Virus record (IMG/VR): IMGVR_UViG_3300045988_085549
Span: 1-36,845 of that record
Source: a virus
DNA: 36,845 bases
Reading direction: 5' to 3' (one strand)
Both the position numbers and the translations under genes were made by a program. The notes below the pieces were generated by a model. The model had not been told where the DNA came from, made no database searches, and was given only the letters and a program-made list of their open reading frames with translations. Below, piece by piece: positions 1 through 7,026 of the stretch; the stretch's first letter is position 1, and the number at the start of each line of letters is the position of its first letter.

Positions 1-55
1 ATATTCTCTAACTTCTTTTATTATGTTTTCTTTTTGTTGTAATTTAGTTTGTAAA
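1..55. repeat. Terminal exact direct repeat, copy 1 (identical to 36791..36845)
   Basis: nt 1-55 (atattctctaacttc...aatttagtttgtaaa) recur base-for-base as the last 55 nt of the window. A minus-strand ORF stays in frame across the junction. Confidence 0.95.
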
Positions 56-234
56 CTTATTGTGTATTTTTCTAATTCATTTATGATTCTATAAGCATTA
101 TCTCTTTCATCCCATACTTTGCATAATTCTTTTTGGTATGCTTGATTATTTTCGTTTAGTCTTTCTATTTCCTTTTTAAGCTCTCTATTCTCTTTTTCTA
201 ATTTATAAGCTCTTGTACTTCTTGGATCTATCAT
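1..234 (-). CDS. Hypothetical coiled-coil protein, N-terminal 78 codons of a junction-spanning gene (continues at 36790..36710)
   Basis: The ATG at 234 overlaps the stop of the upstream gene (ATGA). Translation: MIDPRSTRAYKLEKENRELKKEIERLNENNQAYQKELCKVWDERDNAYRIINELEKYTISLQTKLQQKENIIKEVREY. It continues in frame at 36790 (IEENEKEYGSLEDNEKIILRILDKGE, stop at 36710-36712). Confidence 0.7.
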   Translation of the reverse strand, partial: MIDPRSTRAYKLEKENRELKKEIERLNENNQAYQKELCKVWDERDNAYRIINELEKYTISLQTKLQQKENIIKEVREY

Positions 235-1163
235 ATTTCCTCCATTAATTTATCAGTTTCTTTTTGTAATTCTTCTGATATTTCTTTTATATCTTTATCG
301 TATGTTTCTAAATAGTAAGGGCATACTTTATTGCAACTACAATAGTTTAAACACTTACTATCTTCACCTTTTCTTACTTCTATTTCATATACTCCTGGAT
401 ATTTAGATTCTAAATTCTTTAAGTGTTCTTCAGCTTCTTGTTTTGTATCGTGTATTTTAGTTGCTGTTTTATTTGCTTTTTTCTTCACTGCATATTTATC
501 CCCTTTATTAAATCTTTCTTCCATACTGCACATAGGAAGTTTAAAATCTGATAATTTTTCTAATATCATTATTTTTTCAAATCTTTTTATAATCCACTCT
601 TCAATTTCTTCAGGTGTTCCTAAATCAAATTCTATAACTTCTACTGGTAGTTTTGGATAATCTTGTTTTATTTCACTATCTTTTTTATTCCAGTCTTTAA
701 GTATTGCTATTATTCTTCCTTTATTTTTCCATACACCTGTTTTTTTATAAAATAGGTATGCTCCCATTTGTAATTGCTTTTTCCAATGATCGTAATTACT
801 TTTATAAATAACACTCCATACTGAAGTTGTTTTATAATCATCTATATAATCGTATATATGGTCTATTATTCCACTTAAAGTATAACCATTTTCAAAAGTG
901 TGTTCTAAGTGATATTCTACATATTCATTTTCTTTTAGTTCTATTCCTGTTTCTAAAACATAATGTGTAACTGTTCCAAATAACATCCATATACATTCTG
1001 ATACATCTTGTTCTATAATATCGTTATATCTTCTTTTAAGCATTAAAGCTCTATCAGTTTCTAACATAGAAGTTATTGAATATCTTTTATCTTTATATGA
1101 ATATTCTTTTTCTACTGCTCTTTGTAGCATATCAGGTAAACCTAACTTATTTGTTATTTTCAT
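231..1163 (-). CDS. PD-(D/E)XK (RecB/Cas4-like) exonuclease, recombination partner of the adjacent annealase
   Basis: 310 aa. Nuclease-type motifs GTVTHYVLE, IIDHIYDYIDDYKTT and QLQMGAYLF, plus a C-terminal Cys cluster CLNYCSCNKVCPYY. RBS AGGAGG. Overlaps the upstream SSAP gene by 17 nt. Confidence 0.6.
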   Translation of the reverse strand: MKITNKLGLPDMLQRAVEKEYSYKDKRYSITSMLETDRALMLKRRYNDIIEQDVSECIWMLFGTVTHYVLETGIELKENEYVEYHLEHTFENGYTLSGIIDHIYDYIDDYKTTSVWSVIYKSNYDHWKKQLQMGAYLFYKKTGVWKNKGRIIAILKDWNKKDSEIKQDYPKLPVEVIEFDLGTPEEIEEWIIKRFEKIMILEKLSDFKLPMCSMEERFNKGDKYAVKKKANKTATKIHDTKQEAEEHLKNLESKYPGVYEIEVRKGEDSKCLNYCSCNKVCPYYLETYDKDIKEISEELQKETDKLMEEI

Positions 1164-1683
1164 TTTTAACCTCCTGTGGTTTCATTAAAAATACTCTTTT
1201 ATTATGTTGATTTTTTATTGCTAGTGCTATAATTTCTTTTTTATCGTTATATTTTATTGCTTCTACATGAAAACTATCTCTTGTTACATATTTCCCTTTA
1301 TCATTTTTTTGTATATTACAATTTTTAGCTTCTATGTATATAAATGGAGATGTGTATAATTCTCTTCCTATTCCCCAATTTACACAAGCTCTTTTGAAAC
1401 TATCACTTGCTAAACCTTTTTCTTTTTCAGTGTTAGATTCCGTTCCAGTATCTTCTTTACTTATCCACTCTTTTTTTTCATCATCCCATATTGATACTTT
1501 ACAATTAGCATTATCTCTTAAATATTCTTTTTTCCAATTATAAGCTCCTACTGTTTCGTCTAATATATCCATGTCAACTCTTGCGTCTTTGTATAATAGT
1601 AAACTTAAACCTTTTTCATTAATTGTTCCTACTCTACAACTAATTTCATTTTCTTTTAATGTTCTAAATTTTAGTTCTTTCAT
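1147..1683 (-). CDS. Rad52/Sak-type single-strand annealing protein
   Basis: 178 aa. The motif EKGLASDSFKRACVNWGIGRELY matches the Rad52-family SSAP signature (K-R-A-x-x-x-W/F-G-I-G-R-x-L-Y). RBS AAAGGAGAG. Confidence 0.65.
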   Translation of the reverse strand: MKELKFRTLKENEISCRVGTINEKGLSLLLYKDARVDMDILDETVGAYNWKKEYLRDNANCKVSIWDDEKKEWISKEDTGTESNTEKEKGLASDSFKRACVNWGIGRELYTSPFIYIEAKNCNIQKNDKGKYVTRDSFHVEAIKYNDKKEIIALAIKNQHNKRVFLMKPQEVKNENNK

Positions 1684-1702
1684 TTTATCTCTCCTTTACA
1701 TA

Positions 1703-1732
1703 ATTATAACACATTTGTTTTATTAAAGTCAA
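1703..1732 (-). promoter_or_regulatory. Sigma-A-type promoter (TTGACT, 18 nt, TGT-TATAAT) upstream of the recombination genes
   Basis: Minus strand reads TTGACTttaataaaacaaatgtgtTATAAT with an extended -10 TG. It lies 20-50 nt upstream of the start at 1683. Confidence 0.55.
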
Positions 1733-1929
1733 CACTTATTTAACTTTTCTCTTATCCTGTATAAATCTTCTGTTTTCTTATCTTTAAATACATAATTACC
1801 ACACCAGTCACATATTTGTTTATCTACCCATTTAGGCATTATTACACTATGACCACATTTACATTTTACTTTTAATTTTGAATAATATTCTGCTTGTATC
1901 TTAGCTTGTTTTATTGTTAAATTGTCCAT
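1729..1929 (-). CDS. Small zinc-ribbon protein
   Basis: CKCGHS...CDWCGNY (CxC...CxxC). ATG at 1929 is preceded by GGAGG. The track start at 1941 is a GTG inside the RBS. Confidence 0.55.
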   Translation of the reverse strand: MDNLTIKQAKIQAEYYSKLKVKCKCGHSVIMPKWVDKQICDWCGNYVFKDKKTEDLYRIREKLNKC

Positions 1930-2368
1930 TTTTACCTCCACTATATTTTAAATATACTTTTTCGTATGTTATCCTGTCTTTGTTATATAAATCTTCTAAT
2001 TCTTCATAACTTACTTTATCTATTTTTCTTCTTAAATAATTTATTGATGAGCATTTTTCATAATGATCGTTATATTCTGAGTATTTCATAATTTTGTGAC
2101 ATAAGTTGCAGTCTACTAAATAATCATCTACACTTTTACCTTTTTCACTTGGATATTTAAGATATTTAGTTATGTAATGTATTTTAGGTATTTCTTGACA
2201 TCTTTCACCCTTTAAGTGCTGGTCTAATTTTAAATATACATCGTCTACGTCATAAGGTTTTAATCTATCATACCACTCATTTATTACATAATCTTCCATT
2301 GAAAAACTTTGATAATTAGCTTTTATTTTTTTTAAAAAATTCACTACTTCTTGTTTAGTCATCTTCAC
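1901..2368 (-). CDS. G39P-like helicase loader/inhibitor (putative)
   Basis: 155 aa. The N-terminus (VVNFLKKIKANYQSFSMEDYVINEWYDRLKPYDVDDVYLKLDQHL) resembles SPP1 G39P-family loaders. It sits directly after the replisome organiser. The start is ambiguous (GTG 2368 or ATG 2362). Confidence 0.4.
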   Translation of the reverse strand: MKMTKQEVVNFLKKIKANYQSFSMEDYVINEWYDRLKPYDVDDVYLKLDQHLKGERCQEIPKIHYITKYLKYPSEKGKSVDDYLVDCNLCHKIMKYSEYNDHYEKCSSINYLRRKIDKVSYEELEDLYNKDRITYEKVYLKYSGGKNGQFNNKTS

Positions 2369-3086
2369 TTAGAAACTTGTTTATAGCTTCTTCCTCCTTT
2401 TCTTGTCTAGTTTTATAAATTCTTTTAGGTTTATCAGTAAACTTTTTATCTTCTTCCTGAGCTTGTGCTAGTGTTCTAATGTTATTCTTATCCCACTCAT
2501 AAAGTATTTTATCAATATAACTAATATTATAAATATTTTTTAATACAGCCTTAGTAGTAGCATATTTAAGCATTTCTAAAGGAAATTTATACTTATTCCA
2601 ATTTGTAATAGTTTCATATTCAATAGGATTTAAAGTTCTTCCAAAGTTTTGTTCTATAATGCTATATATATCTACTTCTACTATACTATTCTTATCTATA
2701 CTAATCTTACCTATACTATCCTTACCTGTGTATCCATCTTGTATACATTTTGTATACATCTTGTTTTTTTCTATTTCTAATTGTTTTTTTTCTTCAGTAT
2801 AAATAGTTGGAGTGTATCTGTCATTTTGTATATAATTATGTATTTTCCAATGTTTAATCACTACTATTCCTGTATCAAAAGGAATAATGAATTGTTTTGT
2901 AGCTAATACTTTAAAATCGTCTTCACTACATCCTACCATTTTCATTATTTTTTTAGGGCTTGATACGAACCCGTCATCATCTGCTCTCATACATAGTTCA
3001 TAATATAATAATCTGCTTGTTTGTGGCATTTCCATAAATAAATCAGTATCTATTATATCTAAACTAAACATACGTCTTTTTGCCAT
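2355..3086 (-). CDS. Phage replisome organiser with C-terminal DnaD/DnaB_2-like domain
   Basis: 243 aa. The N-terminus MAKRRMFSLDIIDTDLFMEMPQTSRLLYYELCMRADDDGF is typical of the replisome-organiser N domain. The C-terminus (FGRTLNPIEYETITNW...YIDKILYEWDKNNIRT) is DnaD-like. Confidence 0.7.
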   Translation of the reverse strand: MAKRRMFSLDIIDTDLFMEMPQTSRLLYYELCMRADDDGFVSSPKKIMKMVGCSEDDFKVLATKQFIIPFDTGIVVIKHWKIHNYIQNDRYTPTIYTEEKKQLEIEKNKMYTKCIQDGYTGKDSIGKISIDKNSIVEVDIYSIIEQNFGRTLNPIEYETITNWNKYKFPLEMLKYATTKAVLKNIYNISYIDKILYEWDKNNIRTLAQAQEEDKKFTDKPKRIYKTRQEKEEEAINKFLSEDD

Positions 3087-3087
3087 C

Positions 3088-3237
3088 TTATTTCTCCTTT
3101 GGTACTAATCTTATTGTTTCATCTTCTAAATACTCTAAATAAAATTCTCTACCATATTTGTCTATTAAGAATTTTGGTATAATAATTCTATTTTTTTCTT
3201 TATCAGCTCTTTTAAAAAATCTAAATAATACTTTCAT
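3088..3237 (-). CDS. AbrB/SpoVT-like small DNA-binding protein (putative)
   Basis: 49 aa counted from the ATG at 3237 (RBS AAGGAGGG). NRIIIPKFLIDKYGREFYLEYLEDETIRLVPKEK fits the swapped-hairpin AbrB/MazE pattern. The longer track ORF (to 3285) would run through its own promoter. Confidence 0.45.
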   Translation of the reverse strand: MKVLFRFFKRADKEKNRIIIPKFLIDKYGREFYLEYLEDETIRLVPKEK

Positions 3238-3256
3238 TTTATCCCTCCTTATATTG

Positions 3257-3285
3257 AATATACCACAAAAGGTGGTACTTTGCAA
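3257..3285 (-). promoter_or_regulatory. Sigma-A-type promoter (TTGCAA, 17 nt, TGG-TATATT)
   Basis: Minus strand reads TTGCAAagtaccaccttttgtggTATATT. It shares the TTTTGTGGTATA box with the promoter at 10388..10416. Confidence 0.5.
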
Positions 3286-3293
3286 GTAAAAAA

Positions 3294-3977
3294 TTATATT
3301 TTTTCAATTCTGTGTTTGGAAATTTCAAAATATTTTTTATCTACTTCTATACCTATGAAATTTCTATTTGCATTTTGTTCTTTATTCATTTCCAATACTG
3401 CGACTCCAGTTGTTCCACTACCCATAAACGGGTCAATTATTAAACAATTATCAGGTAATATGCCTATTATATTTTTCATAACTTCAAGTGGCATTTGACA
3501 AGGATGTTCTGTTTTTTCTTTACTAACATTTTTTACTTGGTTTATATTCCACCAATCATAAAGTTTTGCACCTTTACAACCTCTAGCAATTCTTTCTTTA
3601 ATTCTTTTATCGTTAGGGTTTTTATAAGGCTGTCTCACTTTTGACATATCAGGTTTAATATCGAAAAAAGCTATATCTCTATGTTGCTTTCCTGTATTTG
3701 AATTATATACCCAACTTATAACTTTTTCAGGGAATTTACCTATTTGAAAAGCTAATTTATATAAATTTTCAGGATAGTGTATAACTACGCTTGGTAAATC
3801 ATGAAAATAAAAATCTAACATCTCATAATATTCATCTTCATCCATATTATCTTTATAACTATTGTATTTATAATTTATATTGAAAGGTGGATCACTTACT
3901 AATATAATATTTTTATCGTGATTTTCATTTATTATTTTATAAAATATATCTAAACTATTTTCATTGTATAACTTCAT
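3294..3977 (-). CDS. DNA methyltransferase (N6-adenine/N4-cytosine type, beta class), orphan
   Basis: 227 aa. Catalytic motif IV (LVSDPPFNINY) lies near the N-terminus. SAM-binding motif I (IIDPFMGSGTTGVA) lies near the C-terminus. No adjacent nuclease gene is recognisable. Confidence 0.8.
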   Translation of the reverse strand: MKLYNENSLDIFYKIINENHDKNIILVSDPPFNINYKYNSYKDNMDEDEYYEMLDFYFHDLPSVVIHYPENLYKLAFQIGKFPEKVISWVYNSNTGKQHRDIAFFDIKPDMSKVRQPYKNPNDKRIKERIARGCKGAKLYDWWNINQVKNVSKEKTEHPCQMPLEVMKNIIGILPDNCLIIDPFMGSGTTGVAVLEMNKEQNANRNFIGIEVDKKYFEISKHRIEKI

Positions 3978-4383
3978 TATTTCCCTCCATTAAGCTTTTA
4001 ATCATTTCTTCTTGATACTCTTCTAATTTTAATGTGTATTGACCATCTAATTTAGCTTTATTTTTTATTTTTGAATATGTTTTTAATATCCTCATAGCTC
4101 TTTTATATAGGTGTGATAAGGTGGAATAAACCTCGTCTTGATTAGTTCCAATGTAATATCCACCTTTATTACCAGCCTCACTACATATTATTAAATTATA
4201 TTCATCTCTTATTTTTTTTATGTAATCTCTAAATGTTTTATTGTCAGTTATATTAAACTCTTTCATAATTATAGCTGATTTTACTCGTTTTTCGTATCCT
4301 AGGGCGTTGTTTATTAAATATTCGTATATTTTATTGGTTAACTCGTTTCGTTGCTCTAAAGGGCTTAAAATATCGTTTTTCAT
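3961..4383 (-). CDS. Hypothetical protein (possible winged-helix DNA binder)
   Basis: 140 aa. RBS AAGGAGG. ATGA overlap with the sigma-factor stop. No confident family assignment. Confidence 0.6.
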   Translation of the reverse strand: MKNDILSPLEQRNELTNKIYEYLINNALGYEKRVKSAIIMKEFNITDNKTFRDYIKKIRDEYNLIICSEAGNKGGYYIGTNQDEVYSTLSHLYKRAMRILKTYSKIKNKAKLDGQYTLKLEEYQEEMIKSLMEGNNEVIQ

Positions 4384-4934
4384 ATATCCTCCTTTTTTAC
4401 CATTTCTTTTAATTTTCTCATACCTGCTTTTCTCATCCTAGAAGTTCTTGTATGGCTTAATCCCATTTCTTTTGCTATTTCAGTTAAGTTCTTTTCTTTA
4501 CATCCTATTCCATAATACATTTTTATTACTTTTACATATCTTTCATTTTTTATTTTATTTAATAATCTTACAACTTGTTCATATCTTAATTTTTGTATAA
4601 CTTCTTTTTCAATATCTACATTATTTGGTATTACTTCATATAAATTTACATTGTCATTAAAATCATCATCTAGTGAAACTTCTCCATAAGGATTATATCT
4701 TCCTTTAGTAGTTTTGAATTTAAAACACTTCATTATCTCGTGTTTTATACAAATAGTTAAATATGTACTTTCTGCTATTCCTTTACTTTTATCATAGGTT
4801 TTAGCCCCTTTTATCAGCCCATCCATACCATAATCATAATATTCTTGAAATTCATTTTCATTTCTAGGTTTTATGTTTAATTGTTTCATAGCCATTATTA
4901 TTAAACCTACATTGTTTAATACTAAATCATCCAT
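4380..4934 (-). CDS. Sigma-70 family RNA polymerase sigma factor (regions 2 and 4)
   Basis: 184 aa. Region 2-like YDYGMDGLIKGAKTYDKSKGIAESTYLTICIKHEI. Region 4 HTH LTEIAKEMGLSHTRTSRMRKAGMRKLKE. Confidence 0.8.
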   Translation of the reverse strand: MDDLVLNNVGLIIMAMKQLNIKPRNENEFQEYYDYGMDGLIKGAKTYDKSKGIAESTYLTICIKHEIMKCFKFKTTKGRYNPYGEVSLDDDFNDNVNLYEVIPNNVDIEKEVIQKLRYEQVVRLLNKIKNERYVKVIKMYYGIGCKEKNLTEIAKEMGLSHTRTSRMRKAGMRKLKEMVKKEDI

Positions 4935-5098
4935 TATCTCCTCCTAGATAATTTTATATTATTTTGTTTACAATATTCCTGACACTCTTTTTTACTGGTT
5001 GAATCAAATATTCCTATACATCCAAATGATCGTTCTCTCTCGCTATTCTTCCAAACTACCCATTTACCATTGCTTTTTTCTAAAGTATAGTAAATCAT
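4934..5098 (-). CDS. Small hypothetical protein (54 aa, not in the ORF track)
   Basis: ATG at 5098 in an ATGA overlap with the upstream stop. Translation: MIYYTLEKSNGKWVVWKNSERERSFGCIGIFDSTSKKECQEYCKQNNIKLSRRR. Its stop overlaps the sigma-factor ATG (TAATG), and the last codons carry that gene's RBS (AGGAGGAG). Confidence 0.45.
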   Translation of the reverse strand: MIYYTLEKSNGKWVVWKNSERERSFGCIGIFDSTSKKECQEYCKQNNIKLSRRR

Positions 5099-5310
5099 AT
5101 TTCTTCCTCCACTCTTATTGGTCTATAATGTTCTTCTATATCTTGTTCTAAATCTTCTATTTTTTCTTCTGCATAAGCTCTTTCATCATCTACCTCACAT
5201 AATTTGTCTAATATTTCTTCTACTGATACAAAATCTTTTAACTTAAATAAACATTTTATTTGATTATTTTCTTCTCTTATATCTATTAAAACTTTTTCCA
5301 TATTATTCAC
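5095..5310 (-). CDS. Highly acidic small hypothetical protein
   Basis: 71 aa, 23 of them Asp/Glu (hand count). RBS AGGAGTG. Confidence 0.6.
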   Translation of the reverse strand: MNNMEKVLIDIREENNQIKCLFKLKDFVSVEEILDKLCEVDDERAYAEEKIEDLEQDIEEHYRPIRVEEEI

Positions 5311-5312
5311 TC

Positions 5313-5660
5313 CTATTCTTTTGGCATTTCATAAACATAAGTTGATGGTTCTTTAATATCATATTCATCAGGTTCTCTATAAATTGTACCATCACAAGTT
5401 TCTACAATTGGTTTTCCTACTTTTAATAATACCTTTTGTGGTTTTAATATATTTTGTATTTCATCTAATACTTCTAATGCTCTTTCTTTTGTTTTATATG
5501 TTCCTAATTTAACATGATAATCATTTATAAATTCACATATACAATAACCATCTATATCTCCTATTTTATCCATGAAACCATATTTACCTTTATATGCTAA
5601 TCCAAGATTATGCACTACTAATAAATCCTCTTTATCTTGACTTCTAATCCATAATTCCAT
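5313..5660 (-). CDS. Hypothetical protein
   Basis: 115 aa. RBS GAGGAG. Abuts the neighbouring genes. No recognised motifs. Confidence 0.65.
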   Translation of the reverse strand: MELWIRSQDKEDLLVVHNLGLAYKGKYGFMDKIGDIDGYCICEFINDYHVKLGTYKTKERALEVLDEIQNILKPQKVLLKVGKPIVETCDGTIYREPDEYDIKEPSTYVYEMPKE

Positions 5661-5661
5661 A

Positions 5662-5826
5662 TTAATTCTCCTCTATAATTATTTTTTTACCTTTTGCATA
5701 TACTTTTATTTGTTTATCTTCTAATTCTGCTTGTTTTACTATTTCTTTTGATATTTTTATACCATAACAATTAAGTTTTTTTTCTCCTTTTGCTGTTCTA
5801 TAATAGTTTTTTGATAGTCTTGCCAC
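5662..5826 (-). CDS. AbrB/SpoVT-like small protein (54 aa, GTG start, not in the ORF track)
   Basis: GGAGGTGGTAAAGTG start context. Translation: VARLSKNYYRTAKGEKKLNCYGIKISKEIVKQAELEDKQIKVYAKGKKIIIEEN. The GIKISKEIVKQAEL...IKVYAKGKKIII pattern resembles AbrB-type swapped hairpins. Confidence 0.4.
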   Translation of the reverse strand: MARLSKNYYRTAKGEKKLNCYGIKISKEIVKQAELEDKQIKVYAKGKKIIIEEN

Positions 5827-5892
5827 TTTACCACCTCCTAACTCATCAATACTTTTATAATTAATGTCATAACATATACAATTAATATTATT

Positions 5893-6084
5893 TTACATAA
5901 TTTCATTTAATAGCCCTCTCTTTCCATATTTTATTATGATTAGGGAATTGACTACAAATACTATTGTTGATATTAGATGTACTAATATAAACTCTCCTAA
6001 ATCTTTACTATCACTCATCATAAATATAAGTGCTATAAAATTTACCCCCATTAATAAGTATGTAACCCAATTTTTTAATTTCAT
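5893..6084 (-). CDS. Small membrane protein (two predicted TM helices)
   Basis: Hydrophobic stretches WVTYLLMGVNFIALIFMM and FILVHLISTIVFVVNSLIII. The ATG at 6084 is 9 nt from GGAGG. The track start at 6093 abuts the RBS. Confidence 0.55.
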   Translation of the reverse strand: MKLKNWVTYLLMGVNFIALIFMMSDSKDLGEFILVHLISTIVFVVNSLIIIKYGKRGLLNEIM

Positions 6085-6114
6085 TTTCTTCATCCTCCTC
6101 TTGATTACAATACC

Positions 6115-6143
6115 ATATTACCATATAGCCATATAATTGTCAA
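6115..6143 (-). promoter_or_regulatory. Sigma-A-type promoter (TTGACA, 17 nt, TGG-TAATAT)
   Basis: Minus strand reads TTGACAattatatggctatatggTAATAT, just downstream of the terminator at 6173..6194. Confidence 0.5.
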
Positions 6144-6172
6144 TACCCTAAATTAATTTTTTTTCACTTTAC

Positions 6173-6194
6173 AAAAAAAGAGCTGTAAAGCCCT
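6173..6194 (-). terminator. Rho-independent terminator closing the accessory cassette
   Basis: Minus-strand RNA AGGGCU-UUAC-AGCUCU followed by a U run. One pair is G-U on the minus strand only (A-C on plus). It starts right after the stop at 6195. Confidence 0.55.
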
Positions 6195-6551
6195 TTATTT
6201 TACTATCCAACAATATTCTGCTATTCTATCTCGGCAGTCAAAACTATCATATACCACACCATATTTAGAACAAACTATGTGTCCTCTCATTGTTATTAAT
6301 AATACATTATCTGGGTACATACCAGCTACTTCTCCAACTCTTTCAGGTAAATTATAAACTCTTGTATATCTTTCATCAAGATATTCTCTTATAAAGTCTT
6401 TATCGTCCATCATAGTTCCTTGAAGTCTTGCTACATTGCTTAAATGTTTATAAGTATCATCCCATGTATTATCAGTGGCAGTCGCTATACTTCTTATTGT
6501 GCAGTCGTTCTCGAATAATCCAAGAGCATTGTTATTATAAAATTTATACAT
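6195..6551 (-). CDS. Hypothetical protein with papain-like Cys...His arrangement (putative cysteine peptidase/amidase)
   Basis: 118 aa. N-terminal FENDCTIRSIATA (candidate nucleophile Cys) and C-terminal ITMRGHIVCSKYGVVYDSFD (candidate His/Asp). No clear SD, and the start abuts the upstream stop. Confidence 0.4.
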   Translation of the reverse strand: MYKFYNNNALGLFENDCTIRSIATATDNTWDDTYKHLSNVARLQGTMMDDKDFIREYLDERYTRVYNLPERVGEVAGMYPDNVLLITMRGHIVCSKYGVVYDSFDCRDRIAEYCWIVK

Positions 6552-6552
6552 T

Positions 6553-7026
6553 TTACATCATTGATTCTTGTATTGCTTCTCTTAACATTTGCTTTTGTTG
6601 AGGTGTTTCTGCATTTTCAAAAAGAACTTTAGTAAAGTCTTTATAAGCTTCTACCATATAATAAAAACTTTTATCGGTTTCTTCACTAGCTCCGTATCTT
6701 TCTCGATTTTCTTGGTATCTTCCGTATTCTCCAGCCATTCTGTCAAATTCGTCATCTCCGTAATATTTTCTATCACGTCCACGTCTACCATATGATCCAG
6801 CTCCATATTCTCCGTAATTACGTCCATAACTATCATATCCTGGTCGTCTACCTCTTCCATAATTTCCGTACATTTCTTCTTCCTCCTTTATACATTTAAT
6901 TTTGTAGGCATCTTTTTTAGTTTCCATAAGTTTATTAAGATGTTCTAGGTTATTGTTTTCTCCAATACCTTGTTCCATTATTTGCTTAATAAATTTATCA
7001 GTTTCTTCTATTATTTTATCTTCCAT
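6553..7026 (-). CDS. Hypothetical protein with central Arg/Gly/Tyr-rich low-complexity region
   Basis: 157 aa. Residues 52-112 (nt 6691-6873) contain 12 Tyr, 14 Gly and 12 Arg in 61 residues (YGRGRRPGYDSYGRNYGEYGAGSYGRRGRDRKYYG...). Helical-looking termini flank this region. RBS AAGGAGG. Confidence 0.6.
   Translation of the reverse strand: MEDKIIEETDKFIKQIMEQGIGENNNLEHLNKLMETKKDAYKIKCIKEEEEMYGNYGRGRRPGYDSYGRNYGEYGAGSYGRRGRDRKYYGDDEFDRMAGEYGRYQENRERYGASEETDKSFYYMVEAYKDFTKVLFENAETPQQKQMLREAIQESMM

Noticed and set aside
3238-3285. N-terminal extension of the AbrB-like ORF (track start at 3285)
   Set aside because: The extension would be translated through the predicted -10/-35 promoter and RBS. 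The ATG at 3237 has a strong AAGGAGGG SD.
6651-6860. Minus-strand alternative-frame ORF inside the Arg/Gly/Tyr-rich gene
   Set aside because: It is an out-of-frame reading of the repetitive YGR-coding tract. It has no RBS and is fully nested in 6553..7026.
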